Source of the DNA: Candidatus Portnoybacteria bacterium RBG_19FT_COMBO_36_7
Lineage (GTDB): Bacteria; Patescibacteriota; Minisyncoccia; Portnoybacterales; GWB1-42-6
Reading direction: 5' to 3'
DNA: 64,000 nt
Assembly: GCA_001819495.1 (NCBI GenBank)
Contig: MHMW01000028.1
Coordinates: forward strand, 5,398 to 69,397
The notes beneath the pieces were generated by a model. That model ran no database searches. It was not told where the DNA came from and saw only the letters and a list, made by a program, of their open reading frames with translations. Both the position numbers and the translations under genes were made by a program. This document shows positions 19,370 to 27,766 of the stretch, piece by piece. Positions within the stretch are counted from its first letter, which is position 1; each line of letters opens with the position of its first letter.

Positions 19370-20194
19370 ATGAATAGACAATTGACAGAAAAAGATATTA
19401 TTGACATGAGCTACGTTGATTTTTTAGCTCTATTAAATGAAACTAACAGGCCGCCAGGCGGTAAAGATTCGGTTAGGAGAATTGCTATTAATTCATTTAT
19501 TGATTCGAACTCGCGCGTTCTTCATTCTGGGTGCAATACTGGTTACTGTAGTTTTGAAATAGTCCATTTAGTAAAGTGTAATGTTGTAGCTATTGATATT
19601 AATAAGAATATGGTATTAGCGGCTAAAAACAAGCTGAAGCTGGAACCTAATTTGTTTAAGAAAAAATTCTCATTCCAAGTTGGCGACGCTCATAAACTTA
19701 AGTTTAAAAGCGATAGCTTTGATCTTGTGTTTTCAGGTGGATCAACTGCGTTTATGTCTGACCCTTCACGCGTAGTTAGGGAATACAAAAAAGTCTGTAA
19801 ACCATATGGTTTTGTAGGTGATATGTGCCTATTTTATAAAAAATTACCGCCGACAAATCTGCTAAATAAAGTTAATAAATTACTGAATATCAAAATAAAG
19901 CATTGGGGAAAAGAGTATTGGCTTTCTTTGTACAATAACGAAGACCTGGAATTATACTATGATTATACAAATGACATGCCATATGATCCAACCAATAAAA
20001 AAATTAGAGAATACTCAAAAAAAATGGTTGAATTATCACTAGATAATTATCCAAACAATGTAAAAAGGGTTGCTGTGGAAAAATTATTTGAATATATGAC
20101 ATTATTTAATAAAAATAATAAGTATTTAAGTTACTGCGTGTTGTTATTCAGAAAAGATATTTCAAGAAAACAAATTTCATTATTTGGAAAATAA
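19370..20194 (+). CDS. Class I SAM-dependent methyltransferase
   Basis: PPGG, GCNTG, AIDIN, GDAHKL.F..DSFDLV. Confidence 0.88.
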   Translation: MNRQLTEKDIIDMSYVDFLALLNETNRPPGGKDSVRRIAINSFIDSNSRVLHSGCNTGYCSFEIVHLVKCNVVAIDINKNMVLAAKNKLKLEPNLFKKKFSFQVGDAHKLKFKSDSFDLVFSGGSTAFMSDPSRVVREYKKVCKPYGFVGDMCLFYKKLPPTNLLNKVNKLLNIKIKHWGKEYWLSLYNNEDLELYYDYTNDMPYDPTNKKIREYSKKMVELSLDNYPNNVKRVAVEKLFEYMTLFNKNNKYLSYCVLLFRKDISRKQISLFGK

Positions 20195-20408
20195 TTTAGT
20201 TTATAATGAATCATTAAAAAATCCAAAAAATTAAAACTGGGTGATGAATAATTAAAGAAAAGAGCAAAAGCAGTTTTGACCTAACACTGAAATAGCCTCT
20301 AAAAGGGGCTTTTTCTTTTTAGTTAAAGTTTGGTATAATATAATCAAATTCCCATTTTAGGGCTATATTAATTATGCTAACGACCGAATTTTGGAGGGGA
20401 TATCCAAT

Positions 20409-20440
20409 ATGGACTTTGCTTTTTTAATTCATTCAAGAGA
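20409..20440 (+). repeat. MDFAFLIHSRD gene-start repeat, copy 4
   Basis: ATGGACTTTGCTTTTTTAATTCATTCAAGAGA directly before the 7TM sensor gene. Confidence 0.8.
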
Positions 20441-20446
20441 TTTAAA

Positions 20447-21598
20447 ATGCCCCTAATCAATATCAAATCTCTCATCTTGCTGATCGTCGCGCTGCTCAAT
20501 CTGTCGCTGGGCATTTTGGTGTTCTTCAAAAACAAAAAGGATAAAATAAACATCTATTACGCTTTCACTGCCTGGAGCACTGCTGGCTGGGCATTCGGTT
20601 TGGCTATGTTCTATATGATAAGCGATCTGAATATTGCCCTGCTCTGGTATGAATTAGTCGCTTATGTCTCTGCCGCTTTAATTGGCGCCAGCTTCCTTTC
20701 CTTCTCTTTTGTTTTCCCTTTTGTTAAAGAAAAGCCAAAAACAATCTTTAAAATTATATTTTTCATATTCACTGCTTTTATTCTGGTTATCACCGTCTGG
20801 CCAAAATTAATGATACCCAGAATTGTTGAAAACTCTTGGGGCAGAGGAGGAGAACTAACGGTTTATTACAATTTCTATGTTGTCTATTTCACCATGTGCA
20901 TGATCGGCGCATTCGGCAATTTCATCCAGAAATACAAAAGTGCTGACGAGTCGCAAAAAATCCAAATAAAATATGTCTTTGCCGGAACTCTGACTGCCGC
21001 AATCTGGGGCACATTATGTAATCTTTTCTTGCCCTGGTTCAAAATATATGCGCTAATGTGGGCTGGTCCATATCTTACAGTTGCTATGGTTGGACTAATC
21101 GCTTATGCTGTTCTTAAGCACCATCTGATGAACATCAAAGTCATCGCCACTGACTTTGCCGTTGGGGTAATGGGAGCAATATTATTGATATTGCCTTTTT
21201 TTATGCCAAATAACCTGCTAAGATTCCTAACTGGAGCAATTTTTATTCTATTCTGTTTTTTTGGCTACTATTTGATAAAAACCACTTATGAGCAAGCCCG
21301 GCGCAAAGAAGAAGCCCAAAAAATCGCTATTCAGGAAAGGTTTTCGAAAGAAGAGGCGATCTGGAGCGCCCGGCAACTCCAAAGATTCAATGAAACATTA
21401 GAACAAAGCGTTAAACTGAGGACAAAAGAACTAGAACAAGCAAAAAATATTGCAGAGCAAAAGGCCAAAGAAGCAGAAAGCAAAAGAGAAGAGCTCGAAA
21501 AATTCTATGAAGTCACTGTAGGCCGGGAACTAAAAATGGCGGAGTTAAAGAAAAAGATTAAAGAAATGGAGGAAAAATCAGAGGAAGAAAATAAATAA
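20447..21598 (+). CDS. HisKA_7TM-type membrane sensor with coiled coil and GRELKM tail, no kinase
   Basis: Multiple TM helices, QIKYV, IAYAVLKHHLMNIKV; tail VGRELKMAELKKKIKEME. Confidence 0.85.
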   Translation: MPLINIKSLILLIVALLNLSLGILVFFKNKKDKINIYYAFTAWSTAGWAFGLAMFYMISDLNIALLWYELVAYVSAALIGASFLSFSFVFPFVKEKPKTIFKIIFFIFTAFILVITVWPKLMIPRIVENSWGRGGELTVYYNFYVVYFTMCMIGAFGNFIQKYKSADESQKIQIKYVFAGTLTAAIWGTLCNLFLPWFKIYALMWAGPYLTVAMVGLIAYAVLKHHLMNIKVIATDFAVGVMGAILLILPFFMPNNLLRFLTGAIFILFCFFGYYLIKTTYEQARRKEEAQKIAIQERFSKEEAIWSARQLQRFNETLEQSVKLRTKELEQAKNIAEQKAKEAESKREELEKFYEVTVGRELKMAELKKKIKEMEEKSEEENK

Positions 21599-21607
21599 TA
21601 TATTTAA

Positions 21608-22234
21608 ATGAAAGACAAACATAAAATCTCTTTTTTCTTTTTCTTAAAAGCTTGTTTTAAATTTAGAGCTAGACAAATATCTAGTCCCGAAGAATTGTCA
21701 GCAGCATACAAATTAAGAAAGGTAATTTATTCTGACCTCCTGAAATGGGTATCATGTAACGAAGAACAAGAAACGGATGAATACGATAAATATGCAACTC
21801 ATTTCGGGGTATTTAATAAACATGACGTTGTGGCTTATTGCAGATTAATAATAGCAGTTAATCCCACAATGTTAGAAAATAATTTTAAAATGATTTTAGG
21901 GAAAGAGAAAATACGGAAAGAAAAAGATACTGCTGAAATTTCCCGCCTAACTCTAGACAGAAAGTTTATAGGTAATCGACGCGGAAAAATAATTCAAGCT
22001 CTTCTTTATAGAAAAATTTTTCACTGGTCAAGGCAAAATGGAATTAAATTTTGGTATATAGTAGTCAGAGAAGGATTTTTCAACAATCTAAAAGCTAATT
22101 TTGACTGCCAACAAATAGGAAAAACCTATTATTTCAAAGAAAATGACTCCGCTATTGCGGCAATAATTGATTTACAAAAATCTCTAGAATTTGTTCGACG
22201 AACCAATAAATTTCTATATTGGTGGTATAAATAG
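21608..22234 (+). CDS. LuxI-like acyl-homoserine-lactone/N-acyl amino acid synthase (GNAT fold)
   Basis: LRKVIY..LLKW, ETDEYD, YCRL, PTML...F, AEISRL. Confidence 0.75.
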   Translation: MKDKHKISFFFFLKACFKFRARQISSPEELSAAYKLRKVIYSDLLKWVSCNEEQETDEYDKYATHFGVFNKHDVVAYCRLIIAVNPTMLENNFKMILGKEKIRKEKDTAEISRLTLDRKFIGNRRGKIIQALLYRKIFHWSRQNGIKFWYIVVREGFFNNLKANFDCQQIGKTYYFKENDSAIAAIIDLQKSLEFVRRTNKFLYWWYK

Positions 22235-22251
22235 CACTTTTAAGCTTAACT

Positions 22252-23862
22252 ATGTCAAGTATATTAACGCCCAATATAGTTTCTTTATTGATAACCACTG
22301 CCTTTAATGTGCTCTTGGCATTTTTTATTTTGTCAAAAAACAGAAAAAGTCCAGTTAACCGAATATTCAGTTTCTTGGCTTTAGGTGTAGCTCTTTGGTC
22401 TTTCACAAATATAGCTACTCAGATCGTAAAAACTGTCCATCAAGGCATTCTTTGGTCACAAATAAGTTATTTAAGTACCCTTATAATTGCGGTCTCTTTC
22501 TTTTTGTTCTCTATTATTTTTCCGGAAGAAGAAAAAATGAGCAAAAGCAGATTTTTTATTCCTGTAATTATTGCCGCGATAGTCACTTCCGTATTATTAT
22601 TCATCCCTAAATTTGTTATTGAAACCGTGACACTTTCTCCTTGGAAAATCATGACTAATCGAGGCGCCTATCTTTATACGGCATCGTTTGTAGGAATGCT
22701 GCTTTTTTCTTTCGGAAATATTTTAAGAAAATATCGCCAACTCAAAGGAGAACAAAAAGCCCAAATAAAATTCGTATTGATTGGCACACTCGCGACAGCA
22801 ACAATTGGGATATTTTTTAATTTATTACTACCGATATTTTTTAATTACTATGGCCTTGTCTGGTTTGGTCCAAACGCCGGCCTAGTCATGGTCGGCTTTA
22901 TAGCTTACGCGGTAATAAGGCATCACCTGTTTGATATTAAAGTAATCGCGACTGAAATTTTCAGTATTTTAATTTCGCTTTCTGCCTTAATTGATGCCCT
23001 ACTTTCGCAGACACCAACAGAATTTACATTAAAATTTCTACTTTTTTCGGCAATTTCTTTGTTCAGTATTCTATTGATTCGGGGAGTCTTAAAAGAAGTG
23101 AAAACTAGAGAACAACTTGCGGCACTAACAGAAAAATTACAAAAAGCAAATGATGATCTGCAAAAATTGGATAAGGCCAAAAGCGAGTTTATATCCATTG
23201 CTTCCCATCAGCTCCGCACTCCTTTATCCGTGATAAAAGGTTTTGTTTCCATGCTGATTGAGGGCTCCTATGGCAAGATTCCCGATAAAGGCAAAGAAAT
23301 TCTGTCCAAAATAGGGGCCAGCTCCGACCGCTTAAACAGACTTATTGACGACCTGCTTGACTTATCGCGCATGGAGGGCGGCCAGATGAAATACGAATGG
23401 AATTTTATCAATCTGGCCGAATTGGCTGGCAGCGTGGTTGATGAGCTCCAGCCCCAGGCCGACAAAAAAGGCATTAATTTCAAATGGCTCAATCAGGCGC
23501 CAGAAAAAATGTTCGTCAGAGCCGACAAGGAAAAATTAAGGCAGGTTGTCATGAACCTGATTGACAATGCCATCAAATACACATCCAAGGGATTTGTTGA
23601 AGTAAAACTGGTCAAGACGCCCGAAAATCAGGCAAGATTATCGGTTAAGGATTCGGGAGTGGGCATGGACCAGGAAGAAATGAATCTGATTTTCGGCAAA
23701 TTCGTGCGCGGCAAAAAAACGCCTCGGCTCTGGACCGAGGGAGTGGGTTTGGGGCTCTATGTGGCGCGCAAAATTTTAGAAGAGCACAAAGGCAGCGTCT
23801 GGGCAGAGAGCGAAGGAGAAGACAAAGGCAGCACGTTCTTTATGGAAATACCGGTTTACTAA
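22252..23862 (+). CDS. 7TM-sensor histidine kinase
   Basis: Same 7TM family as 20447; H-box ASHQLRTPL, NLIDNAIKY, DSGVG, GVGLGL, GSTF. Confidence 0.93.
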   Translation: MSSILTPNIVSLLITTAFNVLLAFFILSKNRKSPVNRIFSFLALGVALWSFTNIATQIVKTVHQGILWSQISYLSTLIIAVSFFLFSIIFPEEEKMSKSRFFIPVIIAAIVTSVLLFIPKFVIETVTLSPWKIMTNRGAYLYTASFVGMLLFSFGNILRKYRQLKGEQKAQIKFVLIGTLATATIGIFFNLLLPIFFNYYGLVWFGPNAGLVMVGFIAYAVIRHHLFDIKVIATEIFSILISLSALIDALLSQTPTEFTLKFLLFSAISLFSILLIRGVLKEVKTREQLAALTEKLQKANDDLQKLDKAKSEFISIASHQLRTPLSVIKGFVSMLIEGSYGKIPDKGKEILSKIGASSDRLNRLIDDLLDLSRMEGGQMKYEWNFINLAELAGSVVDELQPQADKKGINFKWLNQAPEKMFVRADKEKLRQVVMNLIDNAIKYTSKGFVEVKLVKTPENQARLSVKDSGVGMDQEEMNLIFGKFVRGKKTPRLWTEGVGLGLYVARKILEEHKGSVWAESEGEDKGSTFFMEIPVY

Positions 23863-23867
23863 TTTTC

Positions 23868-24653
23868 ATGAAATACTTTGAAATTGTAAAATTAAAAGAA
23901 ACTCCGATAATCTGTAATATTCCGCACAGTTCGATTGAAATCCCGCCAGAGTTCAAAAAAGATTTTTCTTTGTCCCAACGGGAATTAAAATTGGAAATAA
24001 AAAGATTAGCTGATCTATATATTGATTCATTTTTTTCAAATTTATTGAATGATCATGGTGGTATAATTTCCAAGGTCAGCCGCATTGTTGTTGATACAGA
24101 AAGATTTTCCGACGACGAAAAAGAGCCGATGTCAAAAGTCGGCATGGGCGCGATATACATAAAGAATGAAGCAGGGGAAACAATTAGGGAAATAGATGAA
24201 GCACGAAAACAAAAACTTCTAACACAAATTTATCAACCATACCATCAGGCGCTAACTAAACTGACAAACGATTGTCTATTGCAATTCAATAAATGCCTGA
24301 TCCTGGATTGTCATAGTTTTCCCTCTGAACCGCGGTCTTATGAATCAGATCGAAATAAAGACAGGCCGGATATCTGCCTGGGCACGGACGAATTCCATAC
24401 GTCGGAAGAATTAAAAAATATTTTCTTTGAGAATTTTAAGTTGGCGGACTTTTCCATCAAAATTAACAGCCCATTTGTTGAAACAATGGTTCCTGAGAAA
24501 TTTTATCAGAAAAATAAAAATGTTTCTTCGATTATGATAGAAATTAACCGCAAACTTTATATGGACGAAAGTACCTTTACTAAAAATAATGTCTTCGATG
24601 AAGTTTCAGACAAGATTTGTATGATTATTAAAGAATCGGTGGAATCTTTTTAA
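23868..24653 (+). CDS. N-formylglutamate amidohydrolase family
   Basis: IPHSS, SRIVVDTERF, YQPYH, DCHSF, RPDICLG, IEINR. Confidence 0.88.
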   Translation: MKYFEIVKLKETPIICNIPHSSIEIPPEFKKDFSLSQRELKLEIKRLADLYIDSFFSNLLNDHGGIISKVSRIVVDTERFSDDEKEPMSKVGMGAIYIKNEAGETIREIDEARKQKLLTQIYQPYHQALTKLTNDCLLQFNKCLILDCHSFPSEPRSYESDRNKDRPDICLGTDEFHTSEELKNIFFENFKLADFSIKINSPFVETMVPEKFYQKNKNVSSIMIEINRKLYMDESTFTKNNVFDEVSDKICMIIKESVESF

Positions 24654-24656
24654 TAT

Positions 24657-25115
24657 ATGAGAATGAATAAACCAGATCAGACACTAGCAGAAGATTTAAA
24701 ACTCCGAGAAATTCCTGCAGAAGAATTTATAATTCAAAGAGATAAACTTCCTCCGAGCTTGCGTGCATTTTTGGACCCGCATACGAAAGAAAAATATGAA
24801 GAAATGAAAGCGGCTCTTTTTCTATCAGAAGATAATAACAGCGGCTTTGGTTTAAGGCCCGATGGCGGTCTTATATCTGTCTTTTCTTTAGAAAAAGAAA
24901 AAGGACCAAAATTAGTACAAGAAGCGTTATCCCGCGGTGCCAAATATTTAAGCTGCTGCGGGGAGAAACTAAAAGAATTATATGAGGAAGCGGGATTTGT
25001 GATAACTAAACATAAAGATTGGGACCAGGAGTTCGCCCCACCAGACTGGGATTATGAACGATTCGGCACGCCGAACTATTATGAAATGAAATTAAAAAAA
25101 CCGGAAACTAGTTAA
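24657..25115 (+). CDS. Hypothetical GNAT-like protein
   Basis: LISVFS...G..LV..A...GA, LYEEAGF, WDQEFAPPDWDY. Confidence 0.55.
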   Translation: MRMNKPDQTLAEDLKLREIPAEEFIIQRDKLPPSLRAFLDPHTKEKYEEMKAALFLSEDNNSGFGLRPDGGLISVFSLEKEKGPKLVQEALSRGAKYLSCCGEKLKELYEEAGFVITKHKDWDQEFAPPDWDYERFGTPNYYEMKLKKPETS

Positions 25116-25120
25116 ATTTT

Positions 25121-25627
25121 GTGAAAAATATTGAATTAAAAGTGAAAATTAATAGCATCAGAGGTATAGCTGGATTACTGAAAAAACTACACGCAAAGCA
25201 TAGGGGAGTTCTAAAACAAATAGATACATATTATAACGATAAGGAAGGAAGGCTAAAAATCAGGGAAGTTAACGGAAAATATTTTGAAAAGATATTTTAT
25301 AAAAGACCGGATAAGGAATCGTCAAAAATCTCATTCTATACAGTATCTAAAATTAAAAAACCGCAATTACAAAAAGAAAAAAGCTTTTTAAAAAAGGCTC
25401 TTGGAGAAAAAGTCATTGTTGAAAAACAAAGAGAGTTGTGGATATTAAAAAATACTCGCGTGCATTTAGATAGAGTTAAGCATCTGGGAAATTTCCTTGA
25501 ACTAGAAACAGAAGTCGAAAAAGCGGGGAAGAATGCCGAAAGAGAACACAAAGAAATTATAGATCAATTGAATCTTTCAAAATATAAACCTTTCGCCAAA
25601 TCATATAGCGATATGCTGATGAATTAA
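25121..25627 (+). CDS. CYTH domain (class IV adenylate cyclase-like) protein
   Basis: NIELK, QIDTYY, RLKIRE, HLDRVKHLGNFLELE. Confidence 0.9.
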   Translation: MKNIELKVKINSIRGIAGLLKKLHAKHRGVLKQIDTYYNDKEGRLKIREVNGKYFEKIFYKRPDKESSKISFYTVSKIKKPQLQKEKSFLKKALGEKVIVEKQRELWILKNTRVHLDRVKHLGNFLELETEVEKAGKNAEREHKEIIDQLNLSKYKPFAKSYSDMLMN

Positions 25628-25644
25628 AATTTTGAATTTTGAAA

Positions 25645-25753
25645 TTCGAATTTCAAATCAAATTCTAATTCGTTAATTTTGAAACAGTGCAAACCAAAAA
25701 AACATTTGACCTCGAAGAAAAAACGGCAAAATTTGGCTTGGAAATTAGAAATC
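25645..25753 (+). mobile_element. Internally deleted four-helix-bundle element
   Basis: Left heptamer arm, then codons KTFDLEEKTAKFG (cf. RIYDLEERTAKFG at 42822), then right arm TTGGAAATTAGAAAT. Confidence 0.7.
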
Positions 25754-25795
25754 TACATTGCTTGACTTTTAAAAAATCAGATGTAAAATACAGAC

Positions 25796-26014
25796 ATGCG
25801 CAAAATTGAGCTAAAAAATGTAGTCTGGAAAGAGGGCAAACATTATGTGGCCTGGAATTTAAATACCAGTGTTTCTAGTTTTGGCGGCACAAAAAAAGAG
25901 GCATTGAAATGTTTGGAAGAGGCGCTGACCTTGTATTTTGAAGACATGCCGATTTCCAAGATAGCAAAAGTGGAGCGCCCGGATATGGTTCCGCTGAATT
26001 TTACATATGCCTAG
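25796..26014 (+). CDS. hicB: HicB family antitoxin
   Basis: WKEGKHYVA, SSFGGTKKEAL..LEEAL.LYFED; TTGACT/TAAAAT promoter. Confidence 0.85.
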   Translation: MRKIELKNVVWKEGKHYVAWNLNTSVSSFGGTKKEALKCLEEALTLYFEDMPISKIAKVERPDMVPLNFTYA

Positions 26015-26225
26015 GCCCATCCCATTGAAACTTGTACTTAAAGTCCTTCGCGCCAAGGGCTTTATTTTTGTTTCATAAGCTGGCAGTCACGCTAAATTTC
26101 ACAAACCGGGCAATCCGATAAAAACGGTGATCGTAAAAATAGGCAAGAAAGAAATCCCGCACGGAACATTTCAATCCATTTTGCTTCTTTCCGGACTTTC
26201 CGAAAGCGATTTTAGGAAGAGATAG
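26007..26225 (+). pseudogene. hicA: HicA toxin with premature stop
   Basis: KVLRAKGFIFVS*AGSHAKF...EIPHGTFQSIL..SGL; TAA at 26076. Confidence 0.85.
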
Positions 26226-26403
26226 ATATTTTAAAAAAATGAAGGGCGTATTTCATCTCATAATTATAAAAAAGCCGATGACCAAAAACTAAAAGAACTT
26301 ACAAAAAAAATACGAAGTTAAAATGCTGATTAAATTATATAAAGATTAAAAAAGAAGCCCGAGAGAATAATCTCTCGGGCATATTCATTGTTGCCAAATT
26401 AGA

Positions 26404-27717
26404 TTAGGGGGTAAGCCTATTAACACCCCTATATAGATACGTAACTTCACGTACGTTCTTAAAGCCGAGCAAAACCATTAACATACGCGTAAGCCCGAAT
26501 CCATATCCTCCGTGAGGCGGACATCCATACTTGAAGAAGTCTAAATAGTATTGAATCGATTCAGGCCTGAGGCCTTTCTCTTTAATCTGCTTCAGCAGGA
26601 TATCGTATCTGTGTTCTCGTTGAGCTCCAGTGGTAACTTCAAGCCCCTTCCATATTAAATCAAAGCTTTTTGTGATCGTTGGCTCGTCTTCGTATCTCAT
26701 ATGATAGAACGGCCTGACAGAGATAGGATAATCGGTGACGAATACAAATTCATGTTTATAGTGTTCTTTAATGTACTTGGCAAGCAGTCTCTCTCCTTCT
26801 GGATCCAAGTCACCTTTACTGCCCCTGTCTATCGTATGACCTATCTTTTCCAATATTTTATAAGCCTCTGCCATCTTTATTCTTGGAAAAGGTAAATCTG
26901 GCACGATCACTTCTTCTTTGAACATTTCTTTGATCCGTTCTCCGTGCTCCTCCTTTATACCTTTCAATATTTCATGGAGCCATTGCTCTTCAAGGTGCAT
27001 GACGTCTTCGTGAGATTTAATCCAGGATATCTCCACATCAACACTCGTAAACTCTGTATCGTGCCTTGAAGTAAAAGAAGGGTTAGCTCGAAAAACGGGC
27101 CCGATCTCAAAAACTCTGTCAAACCCTGCTGCCATAGCCATCTGTTTGTAAAACTGAGGTGACTGGGCAAGGTATGCATATTTGCCGAAATATTCGACTC
27201 TGAATAATTCGGCACCGGATTCACTCGCACTTCCCATGAATTTAGGCGAATGGATTTCAATAAATCCGTTCTTGATCCAGAAATTACGCATCTCTTGTTC
27301 AATCGTGGTTTGGACCTGAAATACGAGCAAGTTCGATGGCTGCCGCAAATCTAAGAATCTCCAATCCAGACGATTTTCTAGGGAAGTCTCTTTCGGATCG
27401 ATTGGCAGCGGCGACATGGCTAAATTCAATATTTTGATCTCATCAATCACAATCTCTATCTGTTGGAGTTTCACCTGATCATTTTTAACCACGACCCCAG
27501 AAATTTCAATTGCAGACTCCGACGTAAGACTGTCGATTAATTTCTCGATAGGATCATCGCCACCTTTACGTTCATGAATTGCCTGGACAAGACCCGTTTT
27601 ATCCCGGACAATGATAAATTGCATCTTTTTTTGTTTGCGGATAGCATGAACCCATCCATCAATAGTGGTTTTTTCGTTAATCTTCTCTTTCAGTTTTCCG
27701 ATTAAAGTCCTCTTCAT
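26404..27717 (-). CDS. aspS: Aspartyl-tRNA synthetase, short archaeal/eukaryote-like type
   Basis: GWVH OB fold, YLAQSPQFYKQ, FRA..SFTSRH, GAQREH, PPHGG; SD GGAGGTG. Confidence 0.9.
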   Translation of the reverse strand: MKRTLIGKLKEKINEKTTIDGWVHAIRKQKKMQFIIVRDKTGLVQAIHERKGGDDPIEKLIDSLTSESAIEISGVVVKNDQVKLQQIEIVIDEIKILNLAMSPLPIDPKETSLENRLDWRFLDLRQPSNLLVFQVQTTIEQEMRNFWIKNGFIEIHSPKFMGSASESGAELFRVEYFGKYAYLAQSPQFYKQMAMAAGFDRVFEIGPVFRANPSFTSRHDTEFTSVDVEISWIKSHEDVMHLEEQWLHEILKGIKEEHGERIKEMFKEEVIVPDLPFPRIKMAEAYKILEKIGHTIDRGSKGDLDPEGERLLAKYIKEHYKHEFVFVTDYPISVRPFYHMRYEDEPTITKSFDLIWKGLEVTTGAQREHRYDILLKQIKEKGLRPESIQYYLDFFKYGCPPHGGYGFGLTRMLMVLLGFKNVREVTYLYRGVNRLTP

Positions 27718-27766
27718 ACCTTTCACCTCCTATTCAATATAAACAGAAAGTCTAGAAAATGCAAGT

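Noticed and set aside
26076-26078. Stop-codon recoding or alternative genetic code
   Set aside because: A single TAA in one gene; TAA, TAG and TGA all terminate conserved genes normally
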